DNA of 60,828 nucleotides, the filler included, from Jimgerdemannia flammicorona (lineage: Eukaryota), in NCBI GenBank assembly GCA_003990765.1. It is 2 parts of 2 records of this genome, joined end to end, with 100 filler letters (N's around TTAATTAATTAA, not from the genome) between each part and the next. Parts side by side here need not be neighbours in the genome. Positions count along the whole stretch, not along the records: positions 1 to 30,391 come from RBNJ01000446.1; positions 30,492 to 60,828 come from RBNJ01000447.1. One strand, 5' to 3'. Position numbers and translations under genes: made by a program. How positions within the stretch are numbered: the stretch's first letter is position 1; each line of letters starts with the position of its first letter. A model generated the notes under the pieces. That model ran no database searches. It was given only the letters and a program-made list of their open reading frames with translations, and was not told where the DNA came from. Below are positions 24,241 through 37,240 of this stretch, in pieces.

Positions 24241-26294
24241 TTAGTAATATTACTCTTTTTATATTATTTTCTTTTTTTTAATACTTTTTTTTTTTTTTTT
24301 TTTAATTATTTTTTTTTTTTCTATCTTACTATACTACTGTATTATGAACAAATAAATAGTAGCTCTTAATTGTACATTGGTCTACTTATTTTTTTATCTA
24401 TTCAATAATTATCAAAAGAGAGAATATTTAAGATAGAAAAGTACTCTCTACTAATAATGTTAAATTTTTTCTCATATAGATAATATATAAGCTGCTTATT
24501 AAGAGCCAAAGTAATAGTGGTAATAGTAATGGTAATGATAATAGTAATGATGAGGATGAGAGAGAATTCCAGCAATAACTTATAGTGATTCTTCAGATCT
24601 TAGAATTTATAAACCTTATAGTTATATATAATAGTCTTTTTAAAGTAGCTAATAGTAGATATAGATTATCTTTTTATCACTATATTTAAATCTCATAGTA
24701 CAATCAAATTTACTTCATGCTGTTCTTTTTTTCTTAGGGTCTATAGCCCTATAGCAAGATCTGCTGACTTTATTTATAATATCTAGTTAAGATAAAGAAA
24801 GACTAAAGAATATTATGAGATATATCTTTAGTAATTAAGCTGTTGAGTCAATATATTATATAGTAGAGGTCTCAAAAGAATCAGAAGCAAACCTTTGTGA
24901 GCAATCTTATGTAACTCATCTATATGCAACTTATTCTTATACTCTTTTTAAATACTCATTCTTTATTTTATTTAATTTTATTTTTTTATTTTCTCTCCTT
25001 TTTTATTTTTTTAAAAATTTCTATATAATGCTTATATATAATCTGTCTATATACTTAACTTAGCCCACTACTTAGATTAAGACTTAGTTTCACTATAGAG
25101 GAGAATTTAAAGTTATCCAAGTTTGATCATATCTAGTATCTGATCAATTAGAGAAGTTTGAGGGCAAGTTATTCAATATAAGTAATATTAGTATTATTAT
25201 TAAGACTTGGAAATCTATATTCAAATTAAAGCTAATTATTCTCAATTAAGAAGTCTATTGACCTGCTAGAGTATTCAATAATGAAGAGAACTATATATAT
25301 CAATAAGATTTGTAAAAATTGTGTTAATAGAAAAGAAGAAGTATAAAAAGCAAGAAGAGAGAGTTTGGACAGAAATTAGATATACTATAATATTGGTAAA
25401 AAGTAGATTCTCTAGATTTTTTCAATATTCTCTATATTTATCTCCTTTTTTGAGATTTTCTTTACTAATCTATTTTTGTTAAATTTTTAGAGATAAATAA
25501 GATTCTGTACTCTTATTGGAACTTTAGAAGTATTGTAAAAGAATAAACTATATATGAGTATAATACAGTCTATGTAGTAATAGTAGCTATAATTTAGGGA
25601 TCTTTGAGCAGATTGCTGAAGTGAATAGCAGATCAGCTTGGTGGTACTCTCAGTATGGCTATATATATTCTTGATACAATTTAGCATACTATATAAGATG
25701 AGGAGCTTGACTTTTTTTTTATATAGCCTGAGAGTTTCCCCTATATATAAAAAGGAAGAATTGATCAGATACTGTCTGTTTAGTAAATTTTCAAGTCAGA
25801 GCTCCTAGGGCTTGCCAAAGAGTAGATATTCTTCAGTAATATCTGATAATATAAGGTTCTGAGCCAAGAGTTCACTCAACTATATATTGTCATATAGTGG
25901 TCACTGAGTCCTTCAAATATGCCAGATTCTCTTCAAGGTGTATCTCTTAGACTAACTCAAGTTTGTTATAAGTAAGTTCTTATTAGAGTGCCTTCTCAAG
26001 GTCTTATAGTTCTCAAACTTCTTATCTTTAACTATCTTGTTATCTCTTAAATTGCTTATAAGGAAGTATGTGTAAGTGAAACCAGAACTGACTTTATTTC
26101 AAAGAAAATAAGAGGGATATTTATACAAAATATAATTCAATAGTTGCTAAGATATAAAGCTAAATATAAATTCCAATAACTAAAACTACTAAGTTCCAGG
26201 GTTGGTACTGATGGTTGTACAGGTTCAGGATGCTGGTATAATTCAGTATTATCTCAGAATACTGGTGCTGGCATTATTTAGTGTAACAAAGAAC

Positions 26295-27107
26295 TTAGAG
26301 CAGAAAGTTTAGGACCATGGAGGCTTCATCCTCATCATCAGAGGTCAGGATATCTTTGAAGAAGATGAGGTCTGTGAATATTTTGTCAAGATTGCATAGA
26401 TTGCATGGGATGACATCATTGCCGATGACATTATCATATTTGGTGGTGGGGAAATTAGAGGCTCTCCAATCTATGAGGTTCTCTTCCACAAAATAAGAGA
26501 CAAATGTGGGGTCTTGGGGAGGTCTAATCTGGATGCTTGGGTCTTGGAATACTGAGATCAACTCTTATAAGAATTGGTCTGGGTTGTCTTGAAGGATAGG
26601 ATGCCAGAAGTCTTCTACTTTGTCACTATTGAGGGTGATAGTGGACTGGGCTTCTGTAGCCACCCTAGCTTCTAGTACATTGATATAGTAGGATGATAGG
26701 TCTCTGAAATCTGAGACTCTAACATACTCCAAGTTGGGAATCAACTATAGTACATGCCTAAAGATCTGATGGATCTTCTTAGCTATCCTTGCCTCATGTA
26801 TATCTATGAGAGTGGTATCTTATAACTCTTGAGGGCTAGCCTGGGGGAACTCCCAGCAGAGGAGGTTTCCTATTTTGTACTCCTGCCATATTTGGAGGTA
26901 TTTGGTGGCAATGGTGATCCTTGTTTCCATTTTACAGTAGTAGAGGATATAATGATAAGGGTCACCAGTACCCAGGTTGACACTAGGAGTCCTTCTTAAG
27001 TAGATCCTCATGGCTCTTCTGATATCTTGGAATATCCTTTCTTCAACCAAGGTACCTTGGTAGTTCCTTGACCTTGAGGTTTAATAGGTAGTAGGTATTT
27101 TGTTTAT
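26295..27107 (-). pseudogene. Accessory ORF inside the Gypsy-2 LTR (~270 aa), homologous to the Gypsy-1 LTR ORF
   Basis: ORF pieces 26820-27050 and 26295-26561 are in one frame; motifs QIWQEYKIGNLL and IAKKIHQIF...IPNL; start presumed ATG>ATA. Confidence 0.78.
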
Positions 27108-27586
27108 AGTAAGTCTTTGAGCTATTTTGGGATTGGTGGGTCTTGTTGGTTGCTGTTACTGTGATTCCTTGATCCTTCTTTTATATTCCTCAGGATATTT
27201 GTACTGTGGTCACAATGACTCACAGTTGGTCATTATTGCTCATCTCATATGCCATATAATCTTCTTGTATTCCAATCTGGTGGCTTGTAAGGAAAGACTG
27301 TCTCCTGTGCTGATGTCATCATTCTGAGGTCACCATTACATCTTTCTCCTAAATAAGGATCTTCTCGAGTATCCTTATTCATTGGTCCAGTTCTGAAAAA
27401 TTTGCTGATCCCATAATCTCTGACAAGGAGTTGAAAAGTGGTGTTTATGGGCTGGCATCTTCTCTTTGTATTTTGGCATGATGGTAAAGGGTCGCTCCCT
27501 TCATATAGAGCAAGGGCCTGATTCTGATCTTGATCAATCAGTTGATAGTTCGAACTCCTCTGACTTTGAAAGTCTCATGGATGAGT

Positions 27587-27590
<4 letters not shown>

Positions 27591-27636
<46 letters not shown>

Positions 27637-28803
27637 GGACTCATGTCCCACGGATTTTTATTGGAAAGGAACCTAGACTTTATAGGCCAAAACCCTCCCC
27701 CACCACCCACCAAGCACTGCCCCCCCATTAATCTAGGCTAGCTATTGTCCAGCAGCTCGACCATATCAGGCACAGCAGGGCTAATGTGTCTGCACCTCAT
27801 TCTGTGCACCATGCTCTCCCTACCACCAGGGGAAACCCAACTATATGCCAACAACCAAAAGCGCATGCCTGAGAACCCAACGTATGTACAAGGCCACGCC
27901 TGAGCCAAATAGAATAGCCCCTGCCACCCCAAAGAGAATGACAGGCAAATAAAAACCCTCATCAAAGCACAATATGGTGGGTAGGGCCTAGTTCTCCCAG
28001 TTAAGGTGAGTAAAGGACTTATACGTGAGGTGGGAGGAAACCCCCAATACCCCACTACTCAAGCCTGTGGACCTTGATCATGTTGCCATATCAGCTCCTG
28101 GTTCCAGTTGAGTGCAGCCAAGATACCTGAAATGGGTAGCCTCGGGCCTCCTGACCCCCCCTGACGACTGGGGCCCAACCCCGCTGACTGCCAAAAGAAG
28201 CCGATAGTGACACCTACCACCTAACCATGCCACACCAATCAAAAGGCCCCACCAAAGCAGCACCTGCCCCAGCCCTGATGACTGCCCCCAGCCTAGCACC
28301 CTACTGGTTCACCATAATCACCCTTCCGCCTATCTGTGACAGCCATCTCCCCTCCCATCCCGACAACACCCGAAAAGCAGTCACCTATGCCAGAACTGCG
28401 CTTGCCGGAAAGCTCGCCAAAGCCAGAGGGCCCCACCATAGGCACCGAGGACCTGCAGGTAACCTATACTGAGCACTTGACACCCAAGGTCAGCTGACTC
28501 CCTACATAGCCCAAGACATACCGAGACAACTCCTTGTTAGTGACAGCAAAAGGAAGAAGGCGCCGCACCAAAACGGGTACACCCCAGATACAGCTGAAGG
28601 TACCAGAATTCGTAAAAAAGTGGAGAAAGCACCGATCCGACACCAATAAAGGGGCAACTCATCACCATTGCCCTCCTCCCACCATGCTCCTGCAGGCACA
28701 GCAAACCAACCCGAGGTAGAGGGGGTAATAATAGGGGAAAGGGGACTCGGAAGGTCACCTACCAAACCTTGTGACCGGTAAGGTAGCGGAGAAAGGAGCT
28801 ATG
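27591..28803 (-). mobile_element. 1.2-kb non-autonomous poly(A) retroposon, copy A
   Basis: Long poly(T) to 27633; 16-bp TSD tcatggatgagtagtt (27575-27590, 28804-28819); reverse complement of 32489-33675; no RT. Confidence 0.92.
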
Positions 28804-29694
28804 TCATGGATGAGTAGTTGTCAGTGCCGTATCTCTTAAAGAATGGTCCAGACAGATAGCCTGCTAGTCACAAGACATGCTGTTATGATTCACAGACTAC
28901 AACCTCATGGGTGGTCATCATGTTTTGCTTCTCTTTTATAGATTCATTATACTTCTTGAGTCTATTCCTATATACTGTAGTAGGCAGTATAGTCCCTGAG
29001 ATTTTTCTAAGCCAGAAGGTAGTTCTCTTGATATCTTACATATAGAAGGGTCCTTCCCATTTGTACTCCAGTTTCACAACCATGAGACTTCTACCATATT
29101 TCAATACAGTAGAACCTTTTCTCTGATTCAAATGGGTTCTAGGGTCTTGTGATTCTTTTCTGCATTCTTCCTTATCAGTACTTGTGACTTAATGATGTAA
29201 TCTTCAGCCTTCTTCCTGATTTGGTATAGTCTCTGGATTTCTGCATCAACTCATCTCCAAGTTAGATCTAGATTTGTGGCTGAGGTTCCATCAGAATCTT
29301 CTTCTCCAAAGAGCAGCTCTCTTGGGGTAAAGTGTGTGCTTTGTGACTATATGTCTTGTAGGACAGAGAGGGTGGTTAGGAGATAGTTATCCCAATTCTC
29401 ATATATCTCTGAGATCTTTGCTAGGATGTTCTTGAGGGTCTTGTTAGTTCTCTCTATCTGTCTATTTCCTTGAGGGTGGTATGTGGTGGTCTTGATGTGC
29501 TAGATCTTGTATTTCTGATATATTATCTCATAGAATCCATTGACAAATTCTGTGCTACAGTCTGTTATGATTTGCTTTGGTGTCTTGTAGCAGCAGATGA
29601 TTTCTCAGTACAGGAAGTCAGTTATAGAGAGGGCATTGGCTTCTTGTAATACTCCTACCTTTATCCATTTGGTGAAGAGGTCTACAATAACTAT

Positions 29695-29850
29695 TAGTGC
29701 TTCTAAACAAGTCTAATCAATTCAAATCGAATCGAATTGAGGATTAAATGAGTTGAATTGAATTGGGGATTTTTCAATTTGAATCAATTTGAATCAAATC
29801 AAAAGTCAAATTGAATTGAGGGTCTGATTTGAACCCTAATTTTCAAAATG
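29695..29850 (+). repeat. Putative DNA-transposon (hAT-like) end with subterminal repeats
   Basis: Abruptly interrupts Gypsy-2 integrase; begins tagtgcttctaaac; dense aatcg/gaatt/aatc repeats. Confidence 0.5.
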
Positions 29851-29939
29851 CAATAACTCAGCATAAACTCATCCAAATCTAATGTACTTTAGCTTGTTAG
29901 AATAACATTAATACAGTGACACACCTGAAACCAACCAGC

Positions 29940-30296
29940 ATGTCTGATGTGACTGAGAACAAGGTGCCCGAGGTCAATTATTTCATCAAGTTCAGCGGAC
30001 AAATGAATGACAAACATTATAGTATGGAGAATAAGCCAGTCAAATTTATCACCTTTACAGTTCAATGGTTGGATGGCTTGACCCACTTGATCAAGATAGA
30101 TAAGATGGCCGATATTGGTGAACTGTTGCACACATTTGAGATGGAGCATAATCTGAAAGATAAATATTTCATTCTGAAGAAGAAGGAAGTCAGTGGTGAT
30201 CTTAAGGAAATAGATCTCAGCAATGAGGATGTCACTCTGGAGGACCTTAAAGTCACTACTGACTGGGTCATTGTAATGGAGGAGGATGATAGTTAA
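29940..30296 (+). CDS. 118-aa protein with probable ubiquitin-like/UBX beta-grasp domain
   Basis: Uninterrupted ORF; ITFTVQWLDGLTHLIKID..DIGELL...FIL...DVTLEDLKV...IVM pattern; AATAAA at ~30343. Confidence 0.55.
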   Translation: MSDVTENKVPEVNYFIKFSGQMNDKHYSMENKPVKFITFTVQWLDGLTHLIKIDKMADIGELLHTFEMEHNLKDKYFILKKKEVSGDLKEIDLSNEDVTLEDLKVTTDWVIVMEEDDS

Positions 30297-30391
30297 TTGA
30301 TGCTCCATGTATAGGTGCAGTGTATCTATGATTGTATATCCAAATAAATTGTTTTCAGCATAGTCTGTTGACTGGGTTTATCTGTTAAAAA

Positions 30392-30491
30392 NNNNNNNNN
30401 NNNNNNNNNNNNNNNNNNNNNNNNNNNNNNNNNNNTTAATTAATTAANNNNNNNNNNNNNNNNNNNNNNNNNNNNNNNNNNNNNNNNNNNN
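30392..30491. other. Artificial contig linker: N44-TTAATTAATTAA-N44
   Basis: Symmetric N runs around a 12-mer that places stop codons in all six frames. Adjacency across it is not guaranteed. Confidence 0.95.
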
Positions 30492-30880
30492 TGAAGGACA
30501 ACTGCGCCCACCAATTTTCCCCTATCCCCGGTGAAAGGAATTGCTCAGGACCTTTCAACACAGAAGGTGCGAGGGACTATCGTCACGAAGACAACTATCA
30601 GCCAAGGGCCAGCTGCGGCGTTTAAACGCATAACGCCCGTTGTACTAGGTACTCATCGCCTGGCGAAACACTCGAAGGGTGAGCTTTTCTTTTGGGGAGG
30701 ATCTGTGGAATGAAGGGGAAATGGAAGAGGTAACATAAAGAACTGGAAATTTGGCGTTCATGATAATTATGTGGCGAACTGTGACGTCACCACAAAGGAC
30801 TTTCTTTCTCTTTTTTTTTCTGTTATCTTTATAATTACATCATCACATGGACGTGTTATTTCACATGACCGATTGATGCT
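30492..30880. promoter_or_regulatory. CpG-retaining unique segment with CRE palindrome GTGACGTCAC (30781-30790); probable edge of a host gene or ncRNA
   Basis: Many intact CpGs, unlike the surrounding repeats; no recognisable TE motif. Confidence 0.4.
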
Positions 30881-32486
30881 GCTCTTCTATTCTATCAATT
30901 GATAGACTAATTCTCCACATTCTAATTGAAATATTTTAGCAAAAATAGAATATATAAATACTTAAATAGTTTGTAAATAATAATAAATAATGAATAATTT
31001 AATTAGTAAAAAAGTAATAAACTAAAGAAAAATCATTAATTAGATATATAAATATATATTAAATAAATTAATATAAAATAATATAAAGTACAAACTAAAT
31101 AAGTAAATATGAATTAAATAATAAATTTTAGTATAATTTATATATTTCAATTTTATATAAAAATATATCAAATTGTTATTTTTATGTTTTTTAATATATA
31201 TTATAATAACTACTACATAGTATGACATATAGTATAAAATAGAAACAGGAAATAGATATTTGATCATGGTACTTGAATCTGATTTTCGATTTAGTATAGT
31301 ATAGAAAATTATCTTTACTGTGGACATTACATCTAAAATATTATCAGTGAAACTCTTGTTACTTTTATAAATATCAGATAGGATTTCATATAAAATCTTA
31401 TCTGAAAATTTTATATGAAAAGACTTAATACTTAGCTGCATATTTAGTAGCAGAATTAGTATATAAATCTATATAAATAACCCAGTATTTTAGAGTGAAT
31501 AAACCTCAATTAGATCAAAATAGTTTAAAGTAAAGAGAAAGCAAAGGAACTAGTAAGTCAGTAGGCAGATATACTTCAAACTCACCCACCTCTATATCTC
31601 AAGGACTCTGTAGAATCAAAGAAGATCAAGTTTTCAAGATACAGAAATCTGACATACTTCTAAGGTTAAGTGTCTACTATATTACAACTTAGTATCTATT
31701 AGCTAGTAATTTAAGATAAATCTCTCATTTTTAAGCTGAATAACAAACAACCCCTACTACCCAAATAACTATACAACTGAGACATCTAGACAAGATAGAT
31801 ATGAGACCACCAGTATTTCACAGTTATACTTTATGCAAATCAATCATTACCTTTATAGTAATATACTGCTATAAGGAACCTGATAGTAAGACAGTAAGTA
31901 ACCCTCATATTCTTCAGTCTTAAGAGCAGTATTCGCAGCTGTAATCCATGTAGGAAATGATGATAATGCTATGCTTGCAGTATAGAAGACCTGGCTCTAA
32001 GCTACATACTATATAGATAAGATCAAGCAGGTACTGAAGAATTAGCTCAACATAATATACCAAGGAATGAGTGAGGATCTAAATACATTTTACACCAGAA
32101 TCTGATATCAGTTAATTCTCACAGATTATACTACCACTATCAGAGATCAAGTAGCTGAAGTAATCTTTATGAAAAAAATCCATTTAGAGATAGTCCTGGC
32201 CATCTGCTTATCACCAATAGTTCTGGATCTGACACAGAATGTCACCTATGCTCAATGATACTGAATAGCCAGATATCCACAAGATCATACAATGGAGAGA
32301 GTTACTGGAGTCAGAATCAAAGCACTCAAGGCAATCAGTATGATCTCTATCATTGTGATCAATCAAAACACATCTCAACTAAGAGTTACTGAGAAATAGA
32401 GAAATAGTAACCCGATGGAGGAACTTGCCAAGAAGTTCATCAAAATGACAGCTCACCTAAGAGATGTGGTAAAGGTAATTAAAGGA

Positions 32487-33672
32487 CAGCTCTTTTCTCC
32501 ACTACCTTACTGGTCACAAGGTTTGGTAGGCGACCTTCTAAGTCTCCTTTCCCTTATTATTACCCCCTCTACCTCAGGTTGGTTTGCTGTGCCTGCAGGG
32601 GCATGGTGGAAGGAGGGCAATAGTGATGAGTTGTCCCTTTATCGGTGTTGGATCAGTGCTTCCTCCACTTTTTCGCGGATTCTGGTACCTTCAGCTGTGT
32701 CTGGGGTGTACCCATTTTGGTGCGGTGTCTTCTTCCTTTTGCCATTGCCAACAAGGCATTGTCTCGGTGTGTCTCGGGCTATGTAGGGAGTTGGCCGACC
32801 TTGGGCATCAAGTACTCAGGTAGGTTACCTGTAGGTCCTTGGTGCCTGTAGTGGGGCCCTCTGGCTTTGGCAAGCTTCCTGGCAAGTGCGGTTCTGGCAT
32901 ATGTGACTGTTTTTCAGGTGTTGTCGGGATGGGAGGGGAGATGGCTGTCACAGATAGGAGGAAGGGCAATAACGGTGAACCAGTAGAGTGCCAGGCTGGG
33001 GGCAGTCATTGGGGCTGGGGCAGGTGCTGCTTTGGTGGGGCCTTTTGATTGGTGCAGCGTGGTTAGGTGGTAGGTGTCACTATCAGCTTCTTTTGGCAGT
33101 CAGCGGGGTTGGGCCCCAGTCGTCAGGGGGGGTCAGGAGGCCTGAGGCTACCTATTTCAGGCATCTTGGCTGCACTCAACTGGAACTGGGAGCTGACATG
33201 GCAATGTGATCGAGGCCCGCAGGCTTGAATAGTGGGGTATTGGGGGTTTTCTCCCACCTCATGTGTAAGTCCTTTACTCACCTCAACTGGGAGAACCAGG
33301 CCCTACCCACCATGTTGTACTTTGATGAGGGTTTTTTCTTTGCCTGTCATTCTCTTTGGGGTGGCAGAGGCTATTCTATTTGGCTTGGGCATGGCCTTGT
33401 ACATATGTTGGGTTCTCAGGCATGCGCTTTCAGTCATTGGCATATGGTTGGGTTTCCCCTGGTAGTAGGGAGAGCATGGTGCACAGAATGAGGTGTGGGC
33501 CTACATCGGCCCTGCTGTACCTGGCATGGTTGAGCTGCTGGACAATAGCTAGCCTAGGTTAATGGGGTGGCAGTGCTTGGTGGGTGGTAGGGGAGGGTTT
33601 TGGCCTATATAGTCTAGGTTCCCTTCCAATAAAAATCTGTGGGACATGAATCCATTAAAAAAAAAAAAAAAA
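32487..33672 (+). mobile_element. 1.2-kb non-autonomous poly(A) retroposon, copy B
   Basis: AATAAA plus poly(A); 16-bp TSD aaaggtaattaaagga (32471-32486, 33673-33688). Confidence 0.92.
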
Positions 33673-35029
33673 AAAGGTAATTAAAGGAAGAGACTGCCAC
33701 CTAGTTCAGAAATTCATCACCATTTTAGATAAGAAGAGAGGTACCTGCTATACCTATAGAGAAGAAGACCACTACTCATATGAATGTATGAGTGAAACTA
33801 AGTACAAAGCACAGCTAAGCAATACTATTCAAAATAAAGAATAGGCCAACATCATCACCTTTGAAAAGATTGGGGAATCTGATGAAGAAGAATAGATGGC
33901 CTATTATGTGCAGATCACTAAGATAAATGTCTACAAAGAACTCTACAAGAGATCACTTGGGAGACCCAAGAAGAACTCTGTAGAAAAGCAGATAGAGACT
34001 GCTACAGAAAGTCAAGGTGAAGAAATGGATCAAGATATTGAGCTAGAACAGGCTGTTCAAGATATCATCTGAGGAACTACTTCAGTAAGTAAAGGATAAA
34101 AGAAGAAGAAGCTTCACAAAACCAAGACCTTCAAGTATGATATCTTCAAGGATCTCAGTCAACAAAAGGTCAATATAACCTTTGGCCAGCTGGTATAAAT
34201 ACCTACATTCAGACAGCAAATGAGATATGGACTTGCTGAAACAACCAAAAAGCAAGGATAGAAGATAACTGAGACCAACAATATTTCAGAAGACTCAGAA
34301 GAAGAAAGCAAAGACAACTATAAAACCTCTGTCTATGTAATCTGTCAAAATGAGGATAGAGTCTTTGAGGCTATCATTAATACAGGAGTAAGAGAATACC
34401 TCCTCAGCAAGAAAGCAGCAGACTGTCTAGGTTGGAAAGTTGAAGAAGCAACCAAATTGGTATTTGTCACAGCAGATGGCATAAGAGCCACACCTCTGAG
34501 AAAGATCTGAGATATTTCCATCAAGTTCAGAGGAGCAAACATTCCAGTGGATGAAATTGTAACCAATGTAACTAACTATAACATCCTTATTGGCAATCAA
34601 TGGCTTTATAAAGCTAAAACAATAATTGATCTGAATGCTCAGAAGATACAGATCATCTACTGTAGACAGAAGATGTCAATATCAACAAAGGAGTCCTGCC
34701 TAAGATGAAGGAGGAAAAGGGCAAACAAGAAGAAGCCTACATAGTGACAACTCAGAAAAAGAAGAAGAAAATCAGATGGATGAGTGAATAAGACTGGTGC
34801 AAGAAGATTATGGAAGGATGTATACTACAAGGAGTCTGTCTTCATAGGATCCAAATGTACTATATAGAGTATATCAATGAGTGTTATCAGTATACTGACA
34901 AAATCAAGGAGATCTACCACCAAAGAAGAGAGAAGGCCCTTGAGAAACAGGCAAGAGAAGAAAAGAAAATAAAAGAAGAAGAAGATGATGAACCCCCAGC
35001 TCTACTTGAAGATAGTAACAATGAAGAGA

Positions 35030-35436
35030 AAATCAAGATCAAGATTTGGAAGATTCATCCTGATATAGTCTTACCTGAATACAAGTAGCTATAATGGATA
35101 TTGCCACAGTAGAGAAAACTGTACTTGAACCTCAGACAACCACCCTACTTACAACTTGTCTAGAGATAACTATTCCAAAGGACCATATCAGAATCCTAAA
35201 GACAAGAAGCAATCTGACTAAGAGTGAAATCACAATTAAAGGAGAAGTCATCAATTTAGATTATATTGGAGAAATACTACTTATCACTAGAAACCATAAC
35301 TGTATGATTCTATTTCCAATCAAGAAAAAGGACTGACTAGCATAGTTATTGATCTTCCCAGTTCTTCAGCTAAGAATTCTAGAAGTCAAAAAGTTGGTAG
35401 AAATAGAAAGAGGAAGAAAAGGATTCAGATCCACAA
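35030..35436 (+). pseudogene. dUTPase domain of Gypsy-4 (after protease)
   Basis: KIHPDIVLP, TRSNL, GEVINLDYIGEI, ERGRKGFRST. Confidence 0.85.
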
Positions 35437-35683
35437 GAAGAGGAGTATTTGTTAGTACCAAGATCACTGAGCTGAAGTACAAAAAGGAAGAAACTATGAT
35501 TAAGTAGAGCTAAAGTATTGGAAATGAATTCCCACTCAAGACAGAGCTCAAGAAAATACTCTATGAATTTGAGGATGTCCTCACTACAGACTTCAAGAAT
35601 ATCAAAAGAAAGACTCTACACTACTATCATGATGTAGATACTAGACATACTAAATCAATTTACCAGAAGGCAAGACCCATCCT

Positions 35684-37240
35684 GTGATATATGATTTATA
35701 AATCTTCTGAATTAGAAGACATTGTTTATTTCTATTTCATCTGCTGTTAATTGGTTATTCCAGTTATTAGCCTTGTTTCTGTGAACTGTCAGTATTGAAC
35801 AATAGATGCTCTATAAAGGACCATATCATTGAGTTAATAGCCAGATCACTCCTTAGTTCAAGAGACAATATTATAAGAATTAATTGCCAAAAAATGCCAA
35901 ATGAACCACTATGCTGAATGCTACCACAACCTGACTTTTGAAGAACATCCTGCAATATATAAATGGATCACCCTACTGAAGATGTCATATACAACCCTCT
36001 TGAATTAGAAGACATTGTTCATCTTTGTTCCATCTGCTGTTAATTAGTTATTCTAGTTGTCAGCCTCATTTCTGTAAACTGTCAGTATTAAACAATAGAT
36101 ACTCTATAAAGGACCATATTATTGAGTTAATAGCTGAGTTGCTCCTTAGTTTGAGAGATAACATTATAAGAATTAATTGCTGAAAAATGCTGAATGAATC
36201 ACCATACTGAATAGACTACTGTAACCCACTATAATATACAATTTGCTGCCACCTGATATTTGAAAATATGACCTATTACTAACACTCAATGAGCCCAGAA
36301 GCTGTCTTGTGATATATGAATAGATCACTGCAGAGAATTTAAAGATATCATATAGAAACTGCCCAAGTGAAGAATACTGCCTAACATATGAATAGACTGC
36401 TGTAGAGAATTAAAAGACATTGTATATAAACTGCCTGAGTGAAGAATGCTACCCAATATATAAATGGACTGCTATAGATAGCTGAAGGTATTATATATAA
36501 ACTGTTCAAGTTAATTATTTAAAGATGCCATTATTTGACTTTTGACAATATACAAATAGAATAGACAGCCCTGGAGATTTAAAAAATATTTCCCAAGTTA
36601 ATTATTTGAAGAACACTTCTACTACAAATAAACCACTTGAGACAATATATGAATGGACCACTACATAACATATGAATAGACTGCTATAGAGAATTAAAAG
36701 ATATCATACAAATCTATCTGACTTTTGATAATATACAAATACCACCCATCATAAATAAACTGCCCAAGTGAAAAATACCACCTGATCTTTGAAGACACCA
36801 TTATCTGACTTTTAATGACATATGAATAGAATGGACTTGGAAAATTAAAAGACATAACCTGAGTTAATTATGTATTTGAAGAAGACTGCTTGCTTATATG
36901 AATGGACCACCACATGACATATGAATGGACCACCACATGACATACATATGAATAGACCACTACAGAGAATTAAAAGATGCTATACAAACCATTATCTGAC
37001 TTTTGATAATATACAAATAGAATGGACAGCTCTCAAGAATTTGAAGACAAGCTACTATCTGATTTTTGAAGACCCTGTCACCTTAACTGTTGTCTGAATT
37101 AATTATTTGAAGACTTTTAGAACCTTGAATAACATTTTAACAATTGCCTAGATATATTATAAATATGTTCATATAGGAGAAACAAACATATAAACATTAT
37201 AATTTAAGAATTTGAATAGGTATTTTTGTTTCAAAAATAA
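35684..37240 (+). repeat. Complex internally repetitive non-coding tract
   Basis: ~200-bp direct repeat (35707-35915 vs 36001-36210) and shuffled short units (gacatatgaatggaccacc, gagaattaaaagac, ctgacttttga). Confidence 0.7.

Larger units (their letters stand above)
25960..29694 (-). mobile_element. Gypsy-2: integrase, PPT and long 3' LTR (starts at 27340; left limit approximate)
   Basis: IN motifs YHPQGNRQIERTN and KLEYKWEGPF; PPT aggagaaaga followed by TGTAAT at 27340; TATA at ~26117-26126. No chromodomain seen. Confidence 0.8.

Noticed and set aside
28745..28799. Twister or HDV ribozyme at the retroposon 5' end (ccggtc.caag similarity)
   Set aside because: No P1/UAA cleavage site or conserved GA junction; required HDV pairings not found.
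30436..30447. TTAATTAATTAA between N runs as a biological site
   Set aside because: Symmetric N44 flanks and six-frame stops indicate an artificial linker.
30492..30630. Selenoprotein (minus-strand MRLNAAAG...ERS-TGA-AIPF with in-frame TGA)
   Set aside because: No CxxU/UxxC context, no recognisable family, and no SECIS visible.
31040..31441. 133-aa AT-rich ORF (also 37242-37499)
   Set aside because: Lies in a decayed LTR and low-complexity AT DNA; composition suggests a spurious ORF.
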